The notes under the pieces: generated by a model
Told to the model about the DNA's origin: nothing
Database searches by the model: none
The model's input: only the letters and a program-made list of their open reading frames with translations
Source of the DNA: Hyphomicrobiales bacterium
Lineage (GTDB): Bacteria > Pseudomonadota > Alphaproteobacteria > Rhizobiales > NORP267
Length of the DNA stretch: 64,000 bases
Direction: 5' to 3'
Assembly: GCA_030688605.1 (NCBI GenBank)
Contig: JAUYJB010000051.1
Coordinates: 304 to 64,303, forward strand
Program-made: the position numbers and the translations under genes
Shown here: positions 54,101 to 62,652 of the stretch, piece after piece
How positions within the stretch are numbered: position 1 is the first letter of the stretch
How the letters are laid out: every line of letters starts with the position of its first letter

Positions 54101-57100
54101 AGTGCCTGCGCCTCAGCCAGCGCGCGGGAATCGAGCCCGAGGCGTCGCGCTTCGAGCGCGGCAGATCGCAGCGCGTCTTCCATCGCCCAGTCGAGAGCCG
54201 GCGCGGTTGCGTAGCGCTCGGCGATATCAAGCGCCGTCTCGCGTGAACCTGCCGCAACCGTCACGAAATCGACCTGCGCGCGCGCCCCAGGCGCCAGGAT
54301 AACGCGCGCCCGCAAGGCCATGACCGGATCGAGCGTCCATCCGACGGCGCCATCCAGCGGGTCGATCGCGCCCGGCGGTCGTTCGGGGTCGCCGTGCCGG
54401 CCGAGAAACCTTCTGCGGTCTGTCTCGAAACCGGCTGGCGTCACCGCGGCATCGGTCGGCAGAAGGCCATGAATGAGGACCGGCGGTCGATCGGCAGGTC
54501 GTCTCGGGCGGCGCTTGAAGACAAGCGCGTTCTGGGCATCCAGCCGCTCGCTGTGGACGAAGAGCTTGCTGAAGGCGGGGTGCCGCTCATGGGCGGCCGC
54601 AGGCGCAAGCACGACCTCCGCATAGCTCGTCACATCAATCTCGCGCGCCCGGTCGCTGTCGTTGAAGATCGTGACGCGGCGGATCTCGACGTCGTCGCTC
54701 GGCGCAATCGCGATTTCGAGGTTTGTCGACAAACCTTCCACACGCTCGTGAAACTCGATCTTGTGGGCGTGGAAGTTCGTGTCCGACGACCGATTCGAGG
54801 CGTGTCCGCCGAGCGACCAGACCGCGCCGCTTTCGCGCTCGCTGACATAGATACGCGTGTCGCCGCCTCGGCTGACGTCGTCGCCAGTCCAGCGCGTGAG
54901 CGCCTGGTTGCGCCACCAGAGCGCCCCGCCTCCGGCGTCGCTGATCCAGGAGGCGAGGCTTCCATTGCCCATGACGTGGAGCTGAAGGTCCGGCTGGTTC
55001 GGTGCCGTCCAACCATGCAGCGCCGGCGTCGGTATACGTGCGAGGTCGGGCGCTGCGGTTTCGGCCTCTGTCGCCTGCTCGGGCGGGAACTCCCACGGGA
55101 CGCGCTCCTGCAGCAGCAGCTCGGTGGCGCGCATGCGCGGATCGCGGCCGAAACGCCTGATCAGGATGTTATCGTTCAGCGCGTTGCCGATCGCGGCGGA
55201 AATCATACCCTGGTGGTGGGCCATATAGGCGCGCACGGGCGTGAAGCCGCCTTTTGCCGGCCGCCGGTCCGGCGTGAAATCGGCTGCCTCGAAGAATCCG
55301 TACCGCTCACGCAGGCCGAGCTTGTCCAGCCGACGGAGGTTGGATGTGGCGAGGGTCGGCGCGACGGCCAGTGCCAGCGCGCTTGCATAGGGCGCGACCA
55401 CATAGTCCCCGGACAGGCCGCGCTTGAGGCCCAGCCCGGGAACCCCGAATGCCTGGTACTGGTAGCGATGCGCGGCATCCCGGGCGGCATAGCCGGATTC
55501 CGAAACACCCCAGGGCAGGCCGAGTTTCTCCCCATAGCGCCGTTGCACGGACACCGCCGCACGTTCGCTCTGACCGAGCAGCCGCCCTGCCTCGCTCGGC
55601 AACAGCAGAGCCGGCATGAGATATTCGAACATCGACCCGTTCCACGACAGCGTCGTGAGCGCACCGCCCGCCTGGGTGATCGGGCGCCCGAGGTGAAACC
55701 AATGTTCGACGGGCACGTCGCGCTTGGCGATCGCGAAATAGCTGGCCAGCCGCGCCTCGCTCGCCAGCAGGTCGTAGTGGTGCTGGTCGAGCTGGTCGGA
55801 GCCGAGATTGTAGCCGATGAAGAAGGTTCTGGTCTCCGCGTCATAGAGCGGGTGGAAATCCATGCCGAAGGCGCGTGCCTCCGCCCGGACCGCGCATTGC
55901 TCGAGGCTCTCGCGGAGATTGCCGCAAGCGGCCTCTCCCCGGTCGAGTGCCGCAATCACCTCCGAAACCCAACGTCGGCTCTCTGCATCGACCGGAGCAA
56001 ATCCCGAAAGCGCGCTGCGCGCCTGGCCGATCCTGTCGGCTATCCGGGCGAGGGGGGTATCGGGTCGGGGCAGCGCCTCGAGCAGCGCCGACACGCCTTC
56101 AAGCCCGGCCGGCGGCGTATCGGTCAGGGCACACCAGGGTTCCAGCGCGTCAAGATCCCGCCGCATATTCATCAAATGGTGATCGGCACGCTCCAGCCAG
56201 AGATAGACCTCGTGCGGATCGGCCTCGACGTCGGTCGCGGGCGCTTTGGCGACGAGCACGTGAAGCTGCCGCCAGTCTTCCGTGCCGATCTCCACCAGTG
56301 CGGACCGCCAGTCTTGCGGCGCGCTCCGGATTGCGGGGAGCCGGCCGAGAATCGCATCGAGCTGATCGCAAATCACCCTTCGATCGGTCTCGGGCAGTGC
56401 GGATACGGCCTCACGCAAAAGATGGAGTGCATCCTCAAAGCCACTCCACAGCGTTGGAGACAGCACTGGACCCCTCGCGGCCTCCCTGCAACCTTCGCGC
56501 AGCGTTAGCAGGCTTACGGCCAGATTGCCGCTGTCGACCGTCGAGACGTAGCGCGGCTCGAGCGACTTGAGTGTCTTCGTGTCGAACCAGTTCAGCGTGT
56601 GGCCGGCATAGCTCTCCAACCGACCGAGCGAGTCCAGCGAGGCGGTCATCCGCGCGGCAAGGTCACGGAGGCCTATGTGGCCCAAATCCCACGCCGTCAG
56701 CGCCGACAGGAAGAGCATCCCGACATTGGTCGGGGAGGAGCGGTGCGCGATTTCCTCGTGCGGGCTCGCCTGATAGCTGTCAGGCGGCAACCAGTTGTCG
56801 TCGGGGCCGGCAAACGTCTCGAAGAACAGCCAGGTGCGTCGCGCGACCAGGCGCAGGTAGAGCCGGTCTTCCGCCCGAAGGGTCTCCGACACCGCCTGCC
56901 TCTTCCTGCTGATGAGCCGCGCGATCTCGGGCGAGGCGAGCCACAAGAGCAGCAGCGGCGCGGCCCCGGGCAGGGCGGCGGGTTTCAGCAAAGCGAGGAT
57001 CAGTGCGATCGCGACCGCAAGCATGGGCGCGGCGGCCATTTCGCGCCAGGTTCCGGACCGAGTTTGCGAATCCTCCGCCGCGGAATGGGCTGCCGACGTC

Positions 57101-59637
57101 CATTCCAGCAGACGGCGGCGCGAGACATACACGCGCCACGAAGTGCGCGCGACCGCTTCGCTCGCTACCGCGGCCTTGTATGCCAGGAAGATGATCGCCA
57201 GCAGCCAGCGTCCGCCATGATCGGCCAGCTGGCGCAGAATGCTGCGCGCGGCCCCCCGCCTGCGTCCGCGCGCCAGGCTGGTGACGAGGTCGGTAAAGAG
57301 ATATGCGCCCGGTCCGACCACCGTCAGCGCCGTCCAGATCAGGGCTTGTCCCGGCAGCGCCAGCCATCCCGCAACCGCAAATGCGACAAGTGCCGGGGGG
57401 ATGAGGCTGCGGCGCAGATTGTCGAACATTTTCCATCGGTCGAGCGCCGAAAGCCGGTTGGGCGCGCACTTCTCGTCGCGGACTGGCGCCGTTCCGCCCA
57501 GCCAAGGCAGAAGCTGCCAGTCGCCCCGGATCCAGCGAAAGGCGCGGCGCGCATAGGCGAGATAGTTGGCGGGGAAATCCTCGTAGAAGACGATGTCGCT
57601 GGCGAGTGCCGCGCGGCCGTGAAGTCCCTCGAACAAATCGTGGCTGACGATCGCGTTCTCCGGTACGCGGCCGTGCAGGCATTTGTGGAACGCGACGACG
57701 TCGAAGGCGCCCTTGCCGGTGAATATCCCCTCGCCGAACAGGTCCTGATAGACGTCCGAGACCGCCCGGCTGTAGATGTCGATGGCGGTGTCTCCGGTAT
57801 AGAGGCGGGTGAACAGAGAGCGGTCGCCGGCATCAGGCGAAATCTCGACCCTGGGCTGGATGAAGGTGTAGCCGCGGCGCGGTCTTGCCGTCGCCGGGTC
57901 GAATTCGACCCGGTTCAGCGGATGGGCCAGCGTCCCCAGGAGCCGGTTGATGCCGTTGGGCTGCGCCTTGGTGTCGGCGTCGAGCGTGACGACGAAGCGC
58001 GCGCGTCGCAGCGCGTCGACATCGCCCTCGCGCAAGGCAAAGGCGTCGGGCAGGTGGCCGAGTATCAGGCCGGTGAGTTCTTCGAGCTTGCCGCGCTTGC
58101 GCTCCCAGCCCATCCAGCAGCCTTCGGCGGCATTCCAGCGGCGCCCCCGGTGGAGGAGCACGAACGGTGCATGGTCGGCGTAGCGCGCGTTGAGGCGGCG
58201 CACGCCTGCCACTAGAGCTGCCTCGATCGCCGCATCTTCCGGCATACGCTCCCTATCCGCGTCCGCGAGGTCGCTCAGCAGCGCCATGCGGATGAGCGGA
58301 TCGGGGTTCGACAGCCAATGCGTTTCCAGCCGCTCGACGAGCGGTGCAACTTCGGCCTGTTTGCGCAGGATCACCGGCATCACCAGCGCCGCATCGCAGC
58401 CGGCGCCCAGACCGTGCTCGACGTCGAGCTTCGGCAGCACCCGAGGGGGGACGAGCCTGGTGACGATCCAGTCCGTGAAAGTGACGCTAATGATCATGGC
58501 GGGTGTGAGCGACAGCACAAGCCCCACCACCCACGCCGCCGCGCCGGCGTCGTAGATGGCGAGCAGCAGCGCAGGCACGATCAGTGCGGCAATGGCGAAG
58601 CCCGCCAGCGCCCCGGCATAGCTCCTGCCGGGATGAGCCATGATCCAGCGGCGCGGTGTGGCGGCCCACTTGGCGCGAAAGCCGACCTTCTGCTCGAGCT
58701 CCGCCCGGCCCTCCGCGACCAGCCAGCATCCGACATGCCCGAAGCGCCGTGCGCCGGCATGGGCGCGCGTCAGTTTCAGCGCGGCCTCGGCGACTTCCCA
58801 CTCGGACGCAGGCGCGTCGTCCGCGATTTCCTCGACGGCCTTGCGGTATCGGTCTCGCGTGTCGAAATCCATGGCCGAATAAACGCCGGCGGGATCGTCC
58901 TGCAGGATCGCTTCGACACGGCTCACCTGCTCGAAGAACGCCTTCCAGGAGGTGTTCGACACCGCCATGAGGGCCGAAATCGCGCGTGAGACGCCTTCGG
59001 TCGGGTCAAGCGTCTCGTGACGCGTCAATCGGGGCGTCGGTTCGAATGGCGGGGTAAGTTCGGGCAAGAGTTCGGAAAACGACTGAACGAGCGCCTCCAG
59101 GCAGGCGAGGCGAAGCATCGCCGGAAACGCCCAAAGCTCGGCAATCGTCAGCGGCCCGTCCTGCTGATACGCCTTGACGAACTCCACCGCGCCGGCGATG
59201 CTGACCTGCATATGCGCGACGTCGAGCATGCCTTGCGCCAGCGCCATGACGCGCGGGATTCCCCGATATTCGGGCGCGGCGAGCCGCGGCAATCGACGGT
59301 AGAAGGCGGTGGGTAGATCCTCGCGCACCTGTCGAATGGCGCGACGCACCTGAAACTCGTTGTCGAGCAGCCACTCCGAGGCCTTGGCTGCATGCGGCGG
59401 CGGCTCGGTGCAATGGCGGCGTGCGCGATCCAGCCAGGGAAAGATGGCGGAGAGTCTCCGCCAGACGGGGGCCGGCTCGGGCAGGCCCCTGTCGATGTCA
59501 TGACGCGACCGGATCGCGACGGCGGCGACCGCAAACCCGCCGTCCGGCGCGATGGCGTCTTGCACTGGCGCGGAAAGTGTCACATCAGCGCCCGGCTCGG
59601 CAGCCTCACGGCCATGGCTTCGCCTGATCTCCTGCAA
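51166..59637 (-). CDS. ndvB: cyclic beta-1,2-glucan synthase (NdvB/ChvB/Cgs type; GT84 + GH94 domains)
   Basis: 2823-aa ORF, the size typical of Cgs/NdvB. N-terminal EWLLDNEFQVRRAIRQV, six TM segments, a glycosyltransferase core with FVVTLDADT, and a C-terminal GH94 phosphorylase-like region with GTGDWNDGMDRVG. An alternative GTG start at 59583 overlaps the usp stop (GTGA). Confidence 0.9.
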   Translation of the reverse strand: MQEIRRSHGREAAEPGADVTLSAPVQDAIAPDGGFAVAAVAIRSRHDIDRGLPEPAPVWRRLSAIFPWLDRARRHCTEPPPHAAKASEWLLDNEFQVRRAIRQVREDLPTAFYRRLPRLAAPEYRGIPRVMALAQGMLDVAHMQVSIAGAVEFVKAYQQDGPLTIAELWAFPAMLRLACLEALVQSFSELLPELTPPFEPTPRLTRHETLDPTEGVSRAISALMAVSNTSWKAFFEQVSRVEAILQDDPAGVYSAMDFDTRDRYRKAVEEIADDAPASEWEVAEAALKLTRAHAGARRFGHVGCWLVAEGRAELEQKVGFRAKWAATPRRWIMAHPGRSYAGALAGFAIAALIVPALLLAIYDAGAAAWVVGLVLSLTPAMIISVTFTDWIVTRLVPPRVLPKLDVEHGLGAGCDAALVMPVILRKQAEVAPLVERLETHWLSNPDPLIRMALLSDLADADRERMPEDAAIEAALVAGVRRLNARYADHAPFVLLHRGRRWNAAEGCWMGWERKRGKLEELTGLILGHLPDAFALREGDVDALRRARFVVTLDADTKAQPNGINRLLGTLAHPLNRVEFDPATARPRRGYTFIQPRVEISPDAGDRSLFTRLYTGDTAIDIYSRAVSDVYQDLFGEGIFTGKGAFDVVAFHKCLHGRVPENAIVSHDLFEGLHGRAALASDIVFYEDFPANYLAYARRAFRWIRGDWQLLPWLGGTAPVRDEKCAPNRLSALDRWKMFDNLRRSLIPPALVAFAVAGWLALPGQALIWTALTVVGPGAYLFTDLVTSLARGRRRGAARSILRQLADHGGRWLLAIIFLAYKAAVASEAVARTSWRVYVSRRRLLEWTSAAHSAAEDSQTRSGTWREMAAAPMLAVAIALILALLKPAALPGAAPLLLLWLASPEIARLISRKRQAVSETLRAEDRLYLRLVARRTWLFFETFAGPDDNWLPPDSYQASPHEEIAHRSSPTNVGMLFLSALTAWDLGHIGLRDLAARMTASLDSLGRLESYAGHTLNWFDTKTLKSLEPRYVSTVDSGNLAVSLLTLREGCREAARGPVLSPTLWSGFEDALHLLREAVSALPETDRRVICDQLDAILGRLPAIRSAPQDWRSALVEIGTEDWRQLHVLVAKAPATDVEADPHEVYLWLERADHHLMNMRRDLDALEPWCALTDTPPAGLEGVSALLEALPRPDTPLARIADRIGQARSALSGFAPVDAESRRWVSEVIAALDRGEAACGNLRESLEQCAVRAEARAFGMDFHPLYDAETRTFFIGYNLGSDQLDQHHYDLLASEARLASYFAIAKRDVPVEHWFHLGRPITQAGGALTTLSWNGSMFEYLMPALLLPSEAGRLLGQSERAAVSVQRRYGEKLGLPWGVSESGYAARDAAHRYQYQAFGVPGLGLKRGLSGDYVVAPYASALALAVAPTLATSNLRRLDKLGLRERYGFFEAADFTPDRRPAKGGFTPVRAYMAHHQGMISAAIGNALNDNILIRRFGRDPRMRATELLLQERVPWEFPPEQATEAETAAPDLARIPTPALHGWTAPNQPDLQLHVMGNGSLASWISDAGGGALWWRNQALTRWTGDDVSRGGDTRIYVSERESGAVWSLGGHASNRSSDTNFHAHKIEFHERVEGLSTNLEIAIAPSDDVEIRRVTIFNDSDRAREIDVTSYAEVVLAPAAAHERHPAFSKLFVHSERLDAQNALVFKRRPRRPADRPPVLIHGLLPTDAAVTPAGFETDRRRFLGRHGDPERPPGAIDPLDGAVGWTLDPVMALRARVILAPGARAQVDFVTVAAGSRETALDIAERYATAPALDWAMEDALRSAALEARRLGLDSRALAEAQALCRDLVYPRTPPLVLAAASETALPAQPQLWGMGLSGDLPIVLVRVVDDAHAQLLPIIVRAHQWWLRRGLRADLVILREGASGYQEPIRDLLSAALREAFVPEGLGGPGGVHLLAADQFGAAERRALEATARVSLDGAAGSLAEAMTAPQPGRIPPPRFQPVGPPTPSRTAPPLLRPENLVFDNSLGGFTPEEGDYAIHLEGGRVTPAPWCNVLANESFGSIVSEAGLGFSWCINSGEHRLTPWSNDPVVDPQTEALYLRDEETAGIWTLTPLPAGGNAPCQVRHRAGATTWQRNEEGLEQRLTVFVPPDAPVKLALLTLSNPGDRGRRFTATYYAEWLLGSMSSMARPHLVCGYDVESRALIARNGWNPEFGDRTAFLAASRPPHSLTCDRAAFLGLRGDPARPAGLTAWNLDGALDGIADICAAFQVHIDLASGETEEVVFVLGEGSDLAEAAHLALHWSDVEKARKALAESDAAWKRRLDAVRVTTPDPAFDLMVNRWLINQIFASRIFARAGFQQAGGAFGFRDQLQDMVALLFTEPQRVRAHILDCASRQFEEGDVLHWWHPPLGRGVRTRCSDDLLWLVYATGRYVGATGDVSILAEEVPFLSAPPLGIDEEDRYALFEAGAEHATLFEHCRRALDRGVTMGAHGLPLIGTGDWNDGMDRVGNEGHGESVWLAWFAAVCADAFADLAKDFGRNDINGIWNARADDLRRAADAAGWDGAWYARAFADDGLPWGSKDSDECQIDSISQSWAALAGGPSPERTATAVAAATERLVDHDARLVRLLTPPFDRTPRDPGYIRAYPPGVRENGGQYTHAAAWLGLAHARLGDGDRAYEIFDLINPIRHTVGLADAELYRAEPYVLAADVRGAEPGIGQAGWTWYTGAAGWTWQLAVEGILGLSLQRGSVRIAPRIPRNWGGAEVRVNGPDGILIITIEDPERIGTGRVELAVDGRPVGGDCIAIPTGGMERRVTARLRR

Positions 59638-60605
59638 ACCATCGGCGGACTTCCCTCATGTCCCCGCACGAGCAGGACAGGGATGTTCATGTGGTTGATC
59701 AGATAGTCGGCGACACTGCCCACGGACATGTCCGGATGTCCGCTCTGGCCGGTGGAGGAAAGAACCATGAGATCGGCGTGCTCTTCCACTGCCGCGCGCG
59801 CGAGCGCATGGCGCGGATCGCCGCTCGGCAATACCCGTATTCTGGTCGCCGGGGTGGGGGGCAACCGGGATCGGACCCGCTTCAAATGCCGCTCGGCGGC
59901 GCGCTCGTTGCGACGGCGCAGCCGGTCGCGCAACATGATGGCCTCAGCTTCGAGTGGATCTGCCTCGGTGAGATCGATATTCGGGGCCGCATGGACGAGC
60001 ACCATCTCGGCGCCGTGGGCGGCCGCAATTCCCAAGCCGAGCGGCAAGGCGCATTCCGATCGCGGAGAGCCGTCGAGCGGTATCAGCACCCTGCGATAGC
60101 GTATCGGAGCGTCACCGACCTGTGGCGACGGGACGAGCAGTACCGAACCGTTGACGACCTCCGCCACCCGACGCGCGGTGCCGCCCAATCCCACGAAGGG
60201 CCAGTTGCCCTCGCCACCTCCGCCCAGCACGGTCAGGTCCACCGCATTGTCGCGCGCCCAGGCGCAGATGCGTTCGGCGGCCGGTCCGTCGACGACCACG
60301 GCATCGGCTTGAAGGTCGCCAAAGCGCGACGCGCGCTCGCGCAAGTCAGCCTCCACATCGCGGTGGCGCAGCGTCCACTCCACCGGGTCCATCGGCACCT
60401 GAACCGCCGGCGTCTCGAGAACGCGCATGACGGTCATTTGTGCATCGGCCGCGATGGCCACCGCGGCCGCGTGCGCCAACACGGCATCCGCAAAGGGAGA
60501 CGCATCGACACAGACCAGGACATGGCGAAGGATTTGGTGCTCGGCTTGCTGGCATGGCGGCGGAGCCCCCGTCTTGTTATGCTTCAGGAGCTCAGGCTCA
60601 GACAT
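59580..60605 (-). CDS. universal stress protein, tandem UspA domains
   Basis: Two Usp modules: ILRHVLVCVDASPFADAVLAHAA...VVDGPAAERICAWARDNAVDLTVLG and YRRVLIPLDGSPRSECAL...GDPRHALARAAVEEHADLMVLSSTGQSG...IPVLLVR. Confidence 0.85.
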   Translation of the reverse strand: MSEPELLKHNKTGAPPPCQQAEHQILRHVLVCVDASPFADAVLAHAAAVAIAADAQMTVMRVLETPAVQVPMDPVEWTLRHRDVEADLRERASRFGDLQADAVVVDGPAAERICAWARDNAVDLTVLGGGGEGNWPFVGLGGTARRVAEVVNGSVLLVPSPQVGDAPIRYRRVLIPLDGSPRSECALPLGLGIAAAHGAEMVLVHAAPNIDLTEADPLEAEAIMLRDRLRRRNERAAERHLKRVRSRLPPTPATRIRVLPSGDPRHALARAAVEEHADLMVLSSTGQSGHPDMSVGSVADYLINHMNIPVLLVRGHEGSPPMVCRRSGEAMAVRLPSRALM

Positions 60606-60921
60606 GGGACACTCCCTGCCAGATGATGCGACAGTCCACGATCAAGCGAATGCCTCGGTCCCGCTCCACGGAATTAACGGTCTGACGCCGCCTAGGTTCC
60701 ATCGCTCAACAAAGAGCGGCAGTCTCCGGACATCGCCGGCGCCTTGCCGTTGCGCACGGGTTTCTCTAAAACCGCCGATTTTACTTCACGTTGACCAACT
60801 GGATTTGGAGTTGATCCAAACATATGGCGGCGACTATCGTGGCTCCACCTTCTCAAGAGTTGGAGCCTCCGGCAAAACCCGACAGCGTTCAAACCATATC
60901 GCAAACTAGGTTGAAGCGGCA

Positions 60922-61133
60922 GCCGTGTCCAGCGGGCAGCAGGAAGCGTCGTGATCGGTCCAGTGCCGGTTCGCTGGGCGGTGCTTGAGCCGGCGCGTCC
61001 ACAGCGCGTAGGTCATTGATGCGGTGCCCAACGGGAGGCCTGGATGGCCGCTGCTGGCGTACTGCACCATGTCCACCGATAGAAAGCGAAGCGTGTTGAT
61101 GCATTGCTGGTCGAGTGGGTCGGATATGAGGGT
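60922..61133 (-). pseudogene. transketolase N-terminal fragment (frameshifted and truncated)
   Basis: The minus strand reads ..DPLDQQCINTLRFLSVDMVQYASSGHPGLPLGTASMTYALWTRRLKHRPANRHW, which is the transketolase TPP-binding signature. It then shifts frame to DRSRRFLLPAGHG, and homology stops there. I saw no canonical start. Confidence 0.65.
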
Positions 61134-61145
61134 TCCTTCAATCAG

Positions 61146-61403
61146 TTAAGGGTTGGCCAGCGCCGCGTCGACGAGGCTCTGCGCTTCTTGCAGGATACGT
61201 TGGAGATGTTCTTTGCCGTTGAAACTTTCCGCGTAGATCTTGTAGATCGCCTCGGTGCCGGATGGTCGTGCGGCAAACCAGCCGCTGGCGGCGATCACCT
61301 TGATGCCGCCGATAGCCACTTTGTTGCCGGGCGCGTGATCGAAAACTCGTTCGATCCTCTCGCCGGCCAACCGGTCGCTGTGCAATTGGTCGGGCGACAG
61401 CTT
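61146..61403 (-). pseudogene. phosphoglucomutase C-terminal fragment (5' part removed at the IS5 junction)
   Basis: KLSPDQLHSDRLAGERIERVFDHAPGNKVAIGGIKVIAASGWFAARPSGTEAIYKIYAESFNGKEHLQRILQEAQSLV aligns from memory with the last ~85 residues of alpha-D-phosphoglucomutase (GGLKV..GWFAARPSGTE..YKIYAESF). The upstream frame closes at the IS end. Confidence 0.7.
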
Positions 61404-61424
61404 AGAGTCCGTTTGAGAATTGCA

Positions 61425-62222
61425 TCAATGGCCGATCCTTCGCAGCAGCAGGCTTCCCATGGCGACGTGGATCATGGCTTCGGAGACGTCGATGCGCTGC
61501 TCGTAGTCGCGCACGAGGCGACGCCAGCGGGTCATCCAGCCGAAGGTCCGCTCGACCACCCAGCGGCGCGGCAGCACCTTGAAGCCAGGTTCGGCGTCGA
61601 TGCGGCGGATGACCTCGATGACGAAGTCGAGGAAGGCGGCCTTGTCCATGAGTTGCGTCCTGTCATAGGCCCCGTCGGCGAACAGGTGCTTGAGCCACGG
61701 CCATCGCTTGCGGATGGCATCGAGGATCATCTGCGCGCCGGCGCTGTCGGAGAGGTCCGCCGGGGTGAGATTGACCATCAGCAGGCGACCATCGGTATCC
61801 ACCGCCACATGCCGCTTGCGCCCGACCGTCTTCTTGGCGGCGTCGTAGCCGCGCGGCGCTCCCGGCGCCGGCGCCTTGACCGTCTGGCTGTCGACAACAC
61901 CGGCGCTCGGGCTCGCCTCGCGTCCCTGCCGCTCGCGGTCCATCATCAGCGCGATGTCGTGGATGGTGCGGAACAGCATCAGCCGCACAAAGCGGCGGAA
62001 CCACCAGTAGACCGTCTGCCACGGCGGAAAATCCTTCGGCAGCATGCGCCAGCCGCCGCCCGAGCGGGTCATATAGCGGATGGCGTTCAGCACCTCGCGC
62101 AGATCCACCTCCCGCTTGCGCCCTCGCTTCGCTGGATTGGGCAGCAGCGGCGCAATCCGCTCCCATTCTTCATCGGTGAGATCGGTCGGATAACGCTTCG
62201 TCTTCCGCTCGATCGCGGCCAT
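61425..62222 (-). CDS. IS5 family transposase (DUF4096 + DDE_Tnp_1)
   Basis: RYPTDLTDEEWERIAPLLP...GRKREVDLREVLNAIRYMTRSGGGWRMLPKDFPPWQTVYWWFRRF...VVDSQTVK...GRKRHVAVDTDGRLL...FADGAYD...RWVVERTFGWM..RRL.RDYE. The ATG at 62222 is preferred over 62249. Confidence 0.85.
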   Translation of the reverse strand: MAAIERKTKRYPTDLTDEEWERIAPLLPNPAKRGRKREVDLREVLNAIRYMTRSGGGWRMLPKDFPPWQTVYWWFRRFVRLMLFRTIHDIALMMDRERQGREASPSAGVVDSQTVKAPAPGAPRGYDAAKKTVGRKRHVAVDTDGRLLMVNLTPADLSDSAGAQMILDAIRKRWPWLKHLFADGAYDRTQLMDKAAFLDFVIEVIRRIDAEPGFKVLPRRWVVERTFGWMTRWRRLVRDYEQRIDVSEAMIHVAMGSLLLRRIGH

Positions 62223-62282
62223 GCGGCCTCGCGTCTCTCGTGTCCACATCCAGAGTGTGAATCACGAATGCCGCGCCAAGGG

Positions 62283-62310
62283 AATCTGGAGGGTTCAATC
62301 TGGAGGGTTC
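62283..62310. repeat. perfect tandem duplication of a 14-mer (AATCTGGAGGGTTC x2)
   Basis: Positions 62283-62296 and 62297-62310 are identical. The repeat sits just outside the IS5 transposase start, so it could be an IS end or a junction artefact. Confidence 0.6.
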
Positions 62311-62652
62311 TGTGAGGTCGCGCGGCGGAAGCGGCGGGCATACGGGGGCGCGACCTCATTGAAGCCGGATTGAGCGAAGCCGCGGAATGGTTGGCGCGCT
62401 ATGGGGATTGTAGGTTGGCCGGCGGCCCCGAGATTGCGGAGCGGACGTGCTGCATGGCGCCTCTGATGGGTGGCACGAGAGCGGGACCGTCGGCGGCAAG
62501 CCAGCGATACGGAACAGAAGCGGCCAACCTGGTTCCGATGCCGCCGTGCTGCGGCCGGGCCGCAGCGGCGCTGACGTCAGAGACAACGCCTTCCTGTCCT
62601 GCGGGGATGGCGTCCGGTATCGACAAGCCGGTGGTGTCGCGGTTCGGGTTGC

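Larger units (their letters stand above)
61405..62310 (-). mobile_element. IS5-family insertion sequence (boundaries approximate)
   Basis: A single DDE transposase gene. One end is set by the loss of phosphoglucomutase homology at about 61404. The other end is tentatively placed at the tandem 14-mer at 62283-62310. The terminal repeats are only weakly similar (GAGTCCGTTTGAGAATT vs GAACCCTCCAGATT). Confidence 0.5.

Noticed and set aside
51427-58215. Long plus-strand ORFs (939, 704 and 538 aa) opposite the glucan synthase gene
   Set aside because: These are antisense shadow ORFs with Arg/Gly/Pro/Ala-dominated low-complexity translations and no recognisable motifs. The minus-strand frame carries clear GT84/GH94 signatures over its whole length.
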